From assembly GCA_033764315.1 (NCBI GenBank), contig JANRJA010000108.1, positions 1 through 24,109 on the forward strand: DNA of 24,109 bases, given 5' to 3'. This DNA is from Oculatellaceae cyanobacterium bins.114. Its GTDB lineage: Bacteria > Cyanobacteriota > Cyanobacteriia > Elainellales > Elainellaceae. The notes under the pieces are model-generated. The model did no database searches. It had not been told where the DNA came from and saw nothing but the letters and a program-made list of their open reading frames with translations. A program made the translations under genes and the position numbers. Below, in pieces: positions 1 to 8,715 of this stretch; positions within the stretch are counted from its first letter, which is position 1, and every line of letters begins with the position of its first letter.

Positions 1-617
1 TGCAATCCTAAACCCAACGCCTGCAAACGATTCAGATCAACCGTTACACGTACCTCCTCCTCTAGTCCTCCGGTGACATCCACCGCCGCCACCCCTGGAA
101 TGACCCCTAACTCTCGTGCTAACTCCTCGTCGGCAAAGACGCGCAAGTCCACGGCTTCTCGCGTGGGTGAGGTTAACGCAAACTCATAAACTGGCAACTG
201 CGATGGGTCAATCTTAAACAGACGGGGTTCCTCAATCGTCTCTGGCAGGCTAGAACGAGCACGGTTAAATGTTGCAGTTGCATCGTTGAGTGCCTGCTCA
301 ATATCATCTCCTGGTTGGAAGTAGAGATCTAGGCTGACTTGCCCTTCCCGCGTTTGAGAATAAACCTGCACTACCCCCTCTGTGGCTGAGAGAGCTTCTT
401 CCAGCGGACGGGTCACCTCATCCACGGCTACCTCTGGAGCGACACCAGGAGTATCAACCCGAACCCCAATCCGAGGGTAGGTAATTGATGGCAACAAATC
501 GACCTGGAGGGTAGAGGCAAAGAAGATGCCAACGACGATCACTGCCAGCGTCAACATTAGGGTGCCGATGTGTTGACGAATGGCAAGGCTACTGATGCTA
601 AAGCCGCGCTGAGTCAT
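1..617 (-). CDS. RND efflux transporter permease subunit (AcrB/AcrD/AcrF family), 5' part; runs off the window start
   Basis: Manual translation from ATG at 617: MTQRGFSISSLAIRQHIGTLMLTLAVIVVGIFFASTLQVDLLPSITYPRIGVRVDTPGVAPEVAVDEVTRPLEEALSATEG..., the typical AcrB N-terminus (TM1, DLLP.I.YP, EVT.PLE). It lies directly downstream of an RND adaptor gene. Confidence 0.93.
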   Translation of the reverse strand, partial: MTQRGFSISSLAIRQHIGTLMLTLAVIVVGIFFASTLQVDLLPSITYPRIGVRVDTPGVAPEVAVDEVTRPLEEALSATEGVVQVYSQTREGQVSLDLYFQPGDDIEQALNDATATFNRARSSLPETIEEPRLFKIDPSQLPVYEFALTSPTREAVDLRVFADEELARELGVIPGVAAVDVTGGLEEEVRVTVDLNRLQALGLGL

Positions 618-644
618 AAAGGTAAAGAGGTAGGCAGAGGGTAG

Positions 645-787
645 GAGATAGGCAGAGACGCGATTAACGCGTTTATAGAGATAGGCAGAGACGCGATTAA
701 TCGCGTCTGTACGGCGAAAAGGTAGATTGTGTGGGGTGATTAATCGCGTCTGTACGGCGAAAAGGTAGATTGTGTGGGGCGATTAAT
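645..787. repeat. REP-like palindrome cluster (AGACGCGATTAATCGCGTCT core) with nested tandem duplications
   Basis: Perfect 20-bp palindrome at 689-708. The 23-bp unit GAGATAGGCAGAGACGCGATTAA occurs at 645-667 and 678-700. The 42-bp unit GATTAATCGCGTCTGTACGGCGAAAAGGTAGATTGTGTGGGG occurs at 695-736 and 738-779. Confidence 0.85.
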
Positions 788-2183
788 TGCGCCTGTGTGG
801 CTCGGTTTCAGAAATCAAGCTCAGACGAACGCGATCGCCATCTTTCAAATCACCGCTACTTTGAGCAACAAAAGATTCTCCAGGTCGTAAGCCAGACAAG
901 ATTTCAACTTGGCCATCGGCGCGATCGCCCAATCTTACAGGGCGAGCTTTGACGGTGGCTGATTCGCCTGAACCGCTGACGACAAAGATGATTCCGGCAT
1001 CTGGCTCGGTGTTAGAATCAGCCGTTTGGGTTGGGGGCTGCGTAGAGGGCTGTGGAGCATTGCCGTTGGCAGCAGCATTGTCTTGGGATTGCTCCGGTTC
1101 ATCCGTTTGAACGGCGGTCTCTGGGACAACGACCTGCTGTTCGTCGAGTTGTGTAAAGCTCACTCGTGCCAACAAACCACTGCCGATCTGGCCATTTGGG
1201 TTAGGCAGGGTGACTTCCACCGGAATCAATCGGGCTGTTGGGTCAGCGGCGGGCGAGATGCGGCTCACCTGACCCGTCAGTGTTTCATTGGGCAAGGCAT
1301 CCAGACGGACTTGCACCGCTTGCCCCAGGCGAATATCAGCTAGCTCTAACTCAGAAACCTGAACCAGCACCTTAACCTGGCTAAAATCGCCCAGTTTGAG
1401 AATTTCACTGCCCGGTTGTGCCAGGTTGCCCGGTTCTGTCACTCGTTCTAACACCAATCCATCCACTGGGGAAATGATGCGCGTAAAGGATTGCCGCTCT
1501 TGCTCTTGAGCGGCTAATGCTTGCTGGGCTGACACACGACGTTGGGCCGCGACAACTTCTTGTTGACGGGTGCGGACTTGCTGCTGTGCCGATCGCACAA
1601 CTTGCTCAGCCGTAGCAACGGTGGTGCGTCCCCGCTCAACCTCTTGCTCAGCGATCGCCCCATCTCGAAACAATTGCTCTAGCCGTGCTAAATCCGACTG
1701 TGCCTGTTGCAGTTCTAAGCGGGTTTGTTCAACTTGGGTCAGGGCATCACTCACCTCTGCCCGCAAGCTTGCCACTTCCGATTCACGAGCCGCGACTTCA
1801 GCTTGTGCCTCAATCACAGTTGCACTGAGCAGGCGATCGTCCAGACGAGCCACTACTTGTCCTTGTTGAATCGCGTCACCCACATCAACGCTGATATCGA
1901 GCAGTTGACCCTCCACCTGGGAACGCAGTGAGACTTCTCGATAGGGGCGCGTCGTTCCAACGTATTCCAACTCGCTTTTTAACGAGGCTTCACGGGCGAT
2001 CGCCACATTCACAGCGATCGCGGCTTCCCCTTGTGCTCCTGAGGGTTGAGTTTGAGCGTCACCGGGGGGCATAACGTTGCAACCAGACACAAACAGTACC
2101 CCACAAAACCAAACACAGCCCAACCGACTAGCTTTAACGCGCCAGGTCACACTTTGTCGAGATGAAAAAACTAATTGCAGCAT
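783..2183 (-). CDS. RND efflux periplasmic adaptor (membrane fusion protein), probable lipoprotein
   Basis: Lipobox-like VSG-C, lipoyl half motifs ([24 protein letters not shown]), long coiled coil and beta-barrel (ISPAADP..R). Adjacent to the RND permease. Confidence 0.93.
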   Translation of the reverse strand: MLQLVFSSRQSVTWRVKASRLGCVWFCGVLFVSGCNVMPPGDAQTQPSGAQGEAAIAVNVAIAREASLKSELEYVGTTRPYREVSLRSQVEGQLLDISVDVGDAIQQGQVVARLDDRLLSATVIEAQAEVAARESEVASLRAEVSDALTQVEQTRLELQQAQSDLARLEQLFRDGAIAEQEVERGRTTVATAEQVVRSAQQQVRTRQQEVVAAQRRVSAQQALAAQEQERQSFTRIISPVDGLVLERVTEPGNLAQPGSEILKLGDFSQVKVLVQVSELELADIRLGQAVQVRLDALPNETLTGQVSRISPAADPTARLIPVEVTLPNPNGQIGSGLLARVSFTQLDEQQVVVPETAVQTDEPEQSQDNAAANGNAPQPSTQPPTQTADSNTEPDAGIIFVVSGSGESATVKARPVRLGDRADGQVEILSGLRPGESFVAQSSGDLKDGDRVRLSLISETEPHRRN

Positions 2184-2233
2184 GAGTCTTGTCAGGATTA
2201 AGAGGAGCAGAAGCAGTCAGTCAAATATTGCGT

Positions 2234-2252
2234 TTTGTAAAACCTTTACAAA
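2234..2252. promoter_or_regulatory. Candidate operator palindrome upstream of the RND operon
   Basis: TTTGTAAA-acc-TTTACAAA, a perfect 8-bp inverted repeat about 50 bp upstream of the adaptor start. Confidence 0.4.
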
Positions 2253-2369
2253 CTTTAAGGTATACCAATTGGGGGCAAAATACATAGTCAAGATGACACA
2301 ATGACCGCCCTTGGGTGCCCTTTCCTGCAAAAATCCGCCTCAAGACATAACAGTTTAGTGCCCCAACCG

Positions 2370-3392
2370 TTAGCGGATGTAAAATACGGACTCGTAGGTT
2401 TCCCCGTCCCGCATTTCGAGTCGTCGCCACGAGCTTTCATCATTCATTCGTGCCCATCGTCGTTCTTCTTTGCGATAGGCCCAATCTACGTCGTTCTGGT
2501 AATAAACCTGAATATCTCGCCCTTCGTGAATATTCAGAATCTCGTTGTTGTGATAGCTGTCTTCATTAAAGTAAGTGAATGCTTTTTGCCCCATCTCGGC
2601 ATAGAGCTTGTTTAGCTCAAGCAGCAAAGAGTTAATCGTTGGCTCTAACGATTTGACCGTTAACCCAATTCGTTTAGCCTCTTGAAATGTGATGGGATAG
2701 CTGTGAGACGGATATTCTGAATTGAGATGGTTGCTAATGGCTGCCGCTCGATCCTGATCTTTCATGTGGTATGCCAAAATCTCGGTGCAGACTTTGATCG
2801 ATAGAGAACTGGCGCGATCGACGGCTCCCACCACTAAAGGATGTACATATTGGAATAGAGCCTGATAGGGATTGGTGTCATCTTCTTTGGCTTCTTTGCG
2901 CCACAGATTGATTACCCGTGTCAGTTCGTCTTGGCTCACTGACACGAGATTGTTGTAGTTATCCACTGGTGAGAGATTGTGGGTGATAGAGGTGTCGATC
3001 GCTGTGAGATAAGACAATGGCCCCATGTGAATCTCATCGGCTCCCAACGCGATCATGGTTGCTGCCGAAGCACAATCTAAGGGAATTAGCACAATCAGCT
3101 CTGACACGTGATGTCGCAGCAAATGCACGATTCGTAATGACGCTAACCCCGATCCTCCATCCGATTTAAGAAAGAGAAACAACTTTTTAGGGTTGCCAAT
3201 CTTGCGTAAGACTTCTTCTAACCCTTCAACATCGCTCTGGCAGACACTCCCACCGGGAGACGTCCAATACCCTAAAAAGGGTGAACCTAGTTGGATTTCA
3301 AGCTGTTGAATAATTTTTTGAGTTTTCTCAAATAAAACGGGGGGTTTGTTGATTTTGCGGGAATTGGGAGCAGCGTCAGCGGAGTCGGGCAT
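2370..3392 (-). CDS. SDH-family (ClpP-class/crotonase-fold) serine protease
   Basis: Motifs LKSDGG, CASAATMIALGADEIHMGP.S.L..ID and HSYPI...EA..IGL give the Ser-Asp-His order typical of the SDH_sah family. Confidence 0.8.
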   Translation of the reverse strand: MPDSADAAPNSRKINKPPVLFEKTQKIIQQLEIQLGSPFLGYWTSPGGSVCQSDVEGLEEVLRKIGNPKKLFLFLKSDGGSGLASLRIVHLLRHHVSELIVLIPLDCASAATMIALGADEIHMGPLSYLTAIDTSITHNLSPVDNYNNLVSVSQDELTRVINLWRKEAKEDDTNPYQALFQYVHPLVVGAVDRASSLSIKVCTEILAYHMKDQDRAAAISNHLNSEYPSHSYPITFQEAKRIGLTVKSLEPTINSLLLELNKLYAEMGQKAFTYFNEDSYHNNEILNIHEGRDIQVYYQNDVDWAYRKEERRWARMNDESSWRRLEMRDGETYESVFYIR

Positions 3393-3401
3393 GGATTCTT
3401 A

Positions 3402-4724
3402 TCAGGGTTCAGGGTGCTCAGGCGATCGCGGTGGTAGTGGCATGACTAACATTTTATCGACACGGTTGCCGTCCATGTCCATCACTTCAAAGCGAAAGCC
3501 TTCCCATTCAAAGTAATCTGACGACGTGGGAATACGTCCTAACTGGTTGATCACAAATCCGCCTAATGTTTGATAGCTGCTGCGCTCTTCTGGGTCTTCG
3601 AGTTCAAATAACTCTCTAAACTTATCAATGGGCAACATGCCATCTAGCAACCACGACCCATCTTCTCGTTGAATTGCAGGAGATTCCTGCGGTTGATCGG
3701 CAAAGGGAATGTCTCCAATAATGACTTCCATGACGTCATTCAGGGTGACAATGCCCTGAGTCACGCCATATTCATCCACAATTAACGCCATGTGAGTGCC
3801 CGATTGCTTAAACAGTTCCAGGACTTTTAAGGCACGGGTGCTCTCAGGCACAAACAGGGGTTGCCGCAAATCGGTAATCAGATCCAGGGGTTCCCCGACC
3901 AAGCTTCTAACAAATACGTCAGTCACATGCAGCACCCCCAGAATGTTATCTAGGGTGTCTTGGCAAACGGGAAAGCGACCATGACGGCTCTCCACCATTT
4001 TTTGGCGATTGATGTCAAGCGCATCGTTGACATCGAGCCAAACAATATCGAGACGGGGGGTCATCAAGGCACTAACATGTTGATCGCCCAGGTGAAATAC
4101 CCGCTCAACCATGTCTTGCTCAGCAACTTCAAACATGCCTGCTTCGGTGCCTTGGCGGACTAAGACCTTAATTTCTTCCTCTGTTACCAACTGGGTGTCA
4201 GGGGCATGACGCACCCCTAACAGATTGAGAACGGCATCGGTCGAGATACTGAGCAAGTGGACAATGGGATAGGCGATCGCCGCAATCCCCCCCATCGGCA
4301 AAGCAATAAACGAGGCGATCTTTTCAGGGTTGCTCATTGCCAGTCGTTTGGGCACTAACTCACCCACAATCAACGACAGGTAGGTGATGATCAACACCAC
4401 GATGACCAGGCTGATAGCTTGGCTATATTGCGCCAAAAATGGCACTTGACGAATCAAGACGGCCAGCTTTTCAGATAGGGTTGCGCCCCCAAAGGCACCA
4501 GCCAAAATGCCGATGAGAGTAATGCCAACCTGAACCGTTGAAAGAAAACGATTGGGAGAATTGGCTAGATCTAACGCTGCCCTTGCTTTGGCATCTCCTC
4601 GTTCAGCCAACTCCTGTAGTCGGGTTTTGCGAGCTGAAACGATCGACATTTCAGACATCGCAAAAACACCATTGGCAACGATCAAGATGAGAACAACCAG
4701 GATTTCGAGAACAGCAGAGGACAT
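3402..4724 (-). CDS. Hemolysin-family/CNNM protein (DUF21 + CBS pair + CorC_HlyC), putative Mg2+/Co2+ transport protein
   Basis: NGVFAMSEMSIVS, FLSTVQVGITLIG, GELVPK, MTPR, VDEYG...GIVT..D and TLGGFV...LGRIP motifs. Confidence 0.95.
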   Translation of the reverse strand: MSSAVLEILVVLILIVANGVFAMSEMSIVSARKTRLQELAERGDAKARAALDLANSPNRFLSTVQVGITLIGILAGAFGGATLSEKLAVLIRQVPFLAQYSQAISLVIVVLIITYLSLIVGELVPKRLAMSNPEKIASFIALPMGGIAAIAYPIVHLLSISTDAVLNLLGVRHAPDTQLVTEEEIKVLVRQGTEAGMFEVAEQDMVERVFHLGDQHVSALMTPRLDIVWLDVNDALDINRQKMVESRHGRFPVCQDTLDNILGVLHVTDVFVRSLVGEPLDLITDLRQPLFVPESTRALKVLELFKQSGTHMALIVDEYGVTQGIVTLNDVMEVIIGDIPFADQPQESPAIQREDGSWLLDGMLPIDKFRELFELEDPEERSSYQTLGGFVINQLGRIPTSSDYFEWEGFRFEVMDMDGNRVDKMLVMPLPPRSPEHPEP

Positions 4725-4991
4725 TAGTATAGATGCCTACGATCGAGGCTAAATTGTATCGACTTCAGCATTGCAATTAAGCGTCAGCGCGGCAAACCAC
4801 CGCCTCTGAATCTTATTCTTGATAAAGATTACTGTATATAGAGAAAGGTAACATTCTCTTTGCTCATGCGGATGTCGTTTAAACACAAAATGGGGATGTT
4901 AGCAGCATAGCGAGTATGACGCAGGGATCAACCTCCTTTTGGGCGATCGCGATTCCTCAAGAGTCAATGGCTAGCTGTCAGGCGTCAATTG

Positions 4992-5054
4992 TTCCCTCTT
5001 CTCTTTTCCCTTTTCTTTTTTCTCTCTTCATTTTTTATTCTTCATCCTTCTGCC
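4992..5054. repeat. Degenerate heptamer tandem array (TTCNNNN; STRR-like)
   Basis: Nine 7-bp units: ttccctc ttctctt ttccctt ttctttt ttctctc ttcattt tttattc ttcatcc ttctgcc, immediately after the plmA stop. Confidence 0.6.
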
Positions 5055-5056
5055 TT

Positions 5057-6043
5057 TTACTCTAATCCCAACTCTCGTTTCAACAAATTGATCGACTTCG
5101 TGCCGATGTAGTTGTCATAGGCAATGATTTGAGGCGGACGGATGAGATCTTCGCGAGCCGTTTGAATCGCGGCCTTGACAACAGCAATGCTGGCTTGGTC
5201 ACAACTAATGTATTGGCTGCTGCGAACGATCGCATTGATCTTGTAAGCATCCTCAGTTTGAGCCGTCATCACCAACAGTTCATCGCCCCGCAGACTATAG
5301 ACAATCACCTCGGCAGCCCGCAAAATCCCAGAACTCAAGCTGACAATGCCAATGCAGCTTCCTTTAGGAACATCCTTGAGCATCTGTAGCTCTCTGCTGT
5401 AGTCATAGATATCGACTGGAATCACGCGCACTGATTTTGGAGCGGCGATCGCCTCTGCCTCTCCAATAAAGTAACGGCTCGTGACCACAGTGCCGCCACG
5501 GGCTTGATCTAACACTTGAGCTAACTCCTCCATCGGCACAAGCTGCACCGGAATCTGGAGTGCCAGTTCTAACTCTCGCACCATCAGCTCACCCGCCCCA
5601 ATATCCTGACTGGGAGCCGTCACCAACACCCGTGCACTGCACCGTAAACGCCAATCAATCTCAGAGAGAAATAGTTCACGGGCTTGGCTCAATGAGCACC
5701 CCTGACCGAGCAACTCATCTAAACTTTTTTGAACCAGCCTGTAAGCTTCTGGATATTGTGAAAACAGCGGCGATCGCCCTCCTTTAGCCCCTCCTTCATC
5801 TCCCTGAGCCCGCACATAAATCCCTGAGCCAGCCTGAGCATCCACGACTCCCGCGTCTTCTAACTGGCGATAGACCTTGCTAATGGTGTTGCGGTGTAAC
5901 CCGGTTTGCATGGCAAGTTGACGGGTACTGGGGAGACGGTGCCCAGGGGGAAACTGGCGTGAGGCGATCGCAAAGCGAATTTGGTTATAAAGCTGAGTGG
6001 ATGCTGGAATCTCACTGTCAGGTTGAATGTGAAACTGAACCAT
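5057..6043 (-). CDS. plmA: Cyanobacterial GntR-family transcriptional regulator PlmA
   Basis: MVQFHIQPDSEIPASTQLYNQIRFAIASRQFPPGHRLPSTRQLA...GLHRNTISKVY wHTH plus a PlmA-type C-terminal domain. ATG at 6043 is preferred over TTG at 6067. Confidence 0.9.
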   Translation of the reverse strand: MVQFHIQPDSEIPASTQLYNQIRFAIASRQFPPGHRLPSTRQLAMQTGLHRNTISKVYRQLEDAGVVDAQAGSGIYVRAQGDEGGAKGGRSPLFSQYPEAYRLVQKSLDELLGQGCSLSQARELFLSEIDWRLRCSARVLVTAPSQDIGAGELMVRELELALQIPVQLVPMEELAQVLDQARGGTVVTSRYFIGEAEAIAAPKSVRVIPVDIYDYSRELQMLKDVPKGSCIGIVSLSSGILRAAEVIVYSLRGDELLVMTAQTEDAYKINAIVRSSQYISCDQASIAVVKAAIQTAREDLIRPPQIIAYDNYIGTKSINLLKRELGLE

Positions 6044-6146
6044 GCACATCTCCGAAATGCTAAGCAAGCGTTTAACTAAATTAATGAGGACTGGTAATAA
6101 GAATTGGCGTTAGTCCGATGGAAAAATGAAAGGGTTGAGGCTGTTC

Positions 6147-6267
6147 CGTACAGTTACGTACAGTTCCTACAGGGTAGATCGGTTTTTTTCCAGGATTTCA
6201 CTTCAATTGGATGGTTTACCAGATAATTTTTAATTTGAGCTTTGAGGACTGATAGTTGTACGACTAT
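6147..6267. promoter_or_regulatory. Candidate TF sites in the divergent plmA/dienelactone hydrolase promoter region
   Basis: Direct repeat CGTACAGTT at 6147-6155 and 6157-6165, which also forms GTA-N8-TAC at 6148-6161. Near-perfect palindrome ATAGTTGTACGACTAT at 6252-6267. Confidence 0.4.
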
Positions 6268-6291
6268 TCATAAGATTCAGGTTTAGAAATA

Positions 6292-6348
6292 GCACTGGAG
6301 TATGGCGGCTGTTTCCCAGAGGGGAACTTCACCCCCGCACTCCAATGT
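6292..6348 (+). ncRNA. Candidate structured RNA / 5' leader element
   Basis: Nested stems TGGAGT/ACTCCA, GCGG/CCGC and GTTTCCC-aga-GGGGAAC, forming a GC-rich island within AT-rich intergenic DNA. No known family recognised. Confidence 0.35.
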
Positions 6349-6416
6349 AATTAGTGTTAATTAGTATTAAAAAGTTGCAACACCTCTTTAAGCGAACAGA
6401 ACTGAGCCAAGCTGCT

Positions 6417-7160
6417 ATGACAACCAACGCCATTCAAACCGATCATGTCAAGATCTTTAATCAAGACCTTGCGATTGATGCTTACTTAGCGCAGCCAACA
6501 ACGCAGGGCACCTTTCCAGGTGTAGTCGTGATTCAAGAAATTTTTGGGGTCAACGATCACATTCGTGATGTTACCGAACGATTTGCTAAAGCAGGCTACG
6601 TTGCGATCGCCCCTGCCATCTATCAACGAGTTGCCCCTGGCTTTGAGACTGGCTACACCGATGCTGATATCAAACTGGGACGAACCTATAAAGATCAGAC
6701 CCAGGCGACAGAATTGCTCGGTGACATTCAAGGGGCGATCGCCTATCTCAAGGCGTTACCCACCGTTCAGTCAGACAACATAGGGTGCATCGGCTTTTGC
6801 TTTGGAGGACATGTTGCCTACTTAGCGGCGACCTTACCTGATATTAAAGCAACTGCCTCCTTTTACGGTGCAGGAATTCCAAACTGGTGCCCAGGGGGTG
6901 GAACACCGACTCTGACACGCACTTCAGAGATTCAAGGGACGCTCTATGCCTTCTTTGGCACGGCTGATTCCAGTATTCCTCCAGACCATGTTGATGCGAT
7001 TGAGATGGCTTTGCAGCAACACGCCGTTTCACACCACATCTTTCGCTATGAAGGGGCTCAACACGGGTTTTTTTGCGATCGCCGCTCCAGCTATCACCCC
7101 ACCTATGCAACCAAAGCTTGGCAAGAGGTGCAGTCGCTCTTTCAGTCAACCCTAAGATAA
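6417..7160 (+). CDS. Dienelactone hydrolase family protein
   Basis: QEIFGVN, nucleophile motif GFCFGG, FG..D..IP and HGF. ATG at 6417 is preferred over GTG at 6354. Confidence 0.93.
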   Translation: MTTNAIQTDHVKIFNQDLAIDAYLAQPTTQGTFPGVVVIQEIFGVNDHIRDVTERFAKAGYVAIAPAIYQRVAPGFETGYTDADIKLGRTYKDQTQATELLGDIQGAIAYLKALPTVQSDNIGCIGFCFGGHVAYLAATLPDIKATASFYGAGIPNWCPGGGTPTLTRTSEIQGTLYAFFGTADSSIPPDHVDAIEMALQQHAVSHHIFRYEGAQHGFFCDRRSSYHPTYATKAWQEVQSLFQSTLR

Positions 7161-7325
7161 CCTGAGTTCGAGATCAGGATTTTGGCGGTTGAAACCTCAG
7201 CTTTAAGAGCAAAACCGACCGGCGTGGGTTCAGTAAACCTTTGATTTTGGTAGTCCACGAAGGCGGACTTCGCTCTGGTAGCCGCGCATTTATTCGCTGG
7301 GCTGCTTAAACTGAGCAACTCACGT
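7160..7325. mobile_element. MITE/REP-like repeated palindromic element
   Basis: Imperfect terminal inverted repeats ACCTGAGTT...AACTCACGT. Internal hairpins GCGGTTGAAACCTC and GTCCACGAAGGCGGAC, plus long-range pairing AGAGCAAA/TTCGCTCT. Resembles, from memory, dispersed repeats of filamentous cyanobacteria. Confidence 0.6.
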
Positions 7326-7689
7326 ATTGGGTCTGGTCATTGAGTTTGCCCAAACCCCTTGATCTGAGAATTGGCAGCGATCGCCATTTAATTGAGTCTA
7401 ACAACTGACCGTTCTCTCGACGGCTTTCTTCTGGTTTCTGTCCTCTCTTTGGCTTTCCCTGATCGCTCTAATGCCGAATTCTTCAAGAATTGAGTATATT
7501 GGATAAACCAACTTGCTTGCGGTAGTTCGTTGAAAAGCCCGTTACGTTTTAGATCAGGCTGTTCTGCACTCGCAGCATCCATCCGGTGTAATGGTCAATG
7601 GTGGAATGGGATTGAACTGAAACTCATCATTTCGGCTTCAAACCTATCCCTCAATTCAACAACACCCCCACCTAGCTTAGGAGGTTGAC

Positions 7690-8616
7690 TTGTCTTTTTC
7701 TAGTGATGATTTTGCGAAAGCCCTGGAACAGCATGACTACCAATTTCAGAGAGGGCAGGTTGTTCGGGGAAAGGCGTTTAGCTACGAATCGGACGGAGTC
7801 TTTGTCGATATCGGTGGCAAATCAGCCGCATTTTTACCAGCCGAAGAAGCGTCCTTGAGACGCATTACTGATTTATCTCAAACCGTGCCCCTCCAAGAAG
7901 AGCGGGAGTTTCTCATCATTCGAGAGCAAGATGGTGATGGGCAGGTCACGCTATCGATTCGCCAGCTTGAGATTCGGCAGTTATGGCAGCGTCTAGCCGA
8001 GATGCAAGAAGAGAATCAAACCGTGCAGGTGAGAGTTAGTGGTGTCAATAAAGGAGGCGTCACAGTTGATGTTCAAGGAATTCGAGGATTTATTCCGCGA
8101 TCGCACCTGATTGACAGAGAAAATCTCGATGCTCTCATTGGCAAAGCCCTGACCGTCAGTATTCTTGAGGTCAATCCGGCGGCTAAAAAATTAGTGCTGT
8201 CAAATCGCCTAGCCGCTCAAGCTGCTAGCTTTGGTCAGCTTGCCGAGGGACAACTAATCGAAGGCAAAATTACAGGCATTCGACCCTTTGGTGTCTTTGT
8301 AGACTTTAGTGGCACGACGGGTTTGTTACACATTAACCAGGTCAGCAAAAACTACGTTGCTTCCCTGGATGCTGTTTTTCAGATCGGTCAAACTATCAAA
8401 GCCGTCATTATTGAGATTGATGATATTAAACGACGTATTTCTCTCTCGACAAAAGTTTTAGAGAGCTACCCAGGTGAAATGCTAGAGAAAATGTCAGAAG
8501 TCATGGCAGAAGCTTCAACCCGACTTCAAACATCACAACAAGTCGCAGCATCTTCTAAGTCTGCTGGTGCAAGTGCAGCCGAGCCAGAGGAAAACGAGAT
8601 CTCAGACGAGGAATAG
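7690..8616 (+). CDS. rps1b: 30S ribosomal protein S1 homolog B (three S1 domains)
   Basis: FS.DDFAKAL..HDY, VDIGGKS, NKGGV.VDV.GIRGFIPRSHL, GLLHI.Q and RISLSTK.LE..PGE. TTG start preceded by AGGAGG at 7679-7684. Confidence 0.85.
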   Translation: MSFSSDDFAKALEQHDYQFQRGQVVRGKAFSYESDGVFVDIGGKSAAFLPAEEASLRRITDLSQTVPLQEEREFLIIREQDGDGQVTLSIRQLEIRQLWQRLAEMQEENQTVQVRVSGVNKGGVTVDVQGIRGFIPRSHLIDRENLDALIGKALTVSILEVNPAAKKLVLSNRLAAQAASFGQLAEGQLIEGKITGIRPFGVFVDFSGTTGLLHINQVSKNYVASLDAVFQIGQTIKAVIIEIDDIKRRISLSTKVLESYPGEMLEKMSEVMAEASTRLQTSQQVAASSKSAGASAAEPEENEISDEE

Positions 8617-8640
8617 CTTAGTCAATTCATCAGTCAATCC

Positions 8641-8665
8641 AGAGTAGGAGCCAAAATCCTGCTCT
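8641..8665. terminator. Hairpin between the convergent rps1b and spkA genes
   Basis: AGAGTAGGA-gccaaaa-TCCTGCTCT, a 9-bp stem with one G-U pair. No strong U-tract. Confidence 0.4.
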
Positions 8666-8715
8666 CGAATTCGCGTTAATCCACAAAAACTAGATAACCA
8701 GAGGGTAATGCTCCA

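Noticed and set aside
645-787. Possible mini CRISPR array
   Set aside because: The sequences between the palindromes are identical duplicates rather than unique spacers, the periods differ (33 vs 43 bp), and there are no cas genes in the window.
7388-7582. 64-aa minus-strand ORF upstream of rps1b
   Set aside because: No motif or clear RBS, and it lies in the probable rps1b promoter region.
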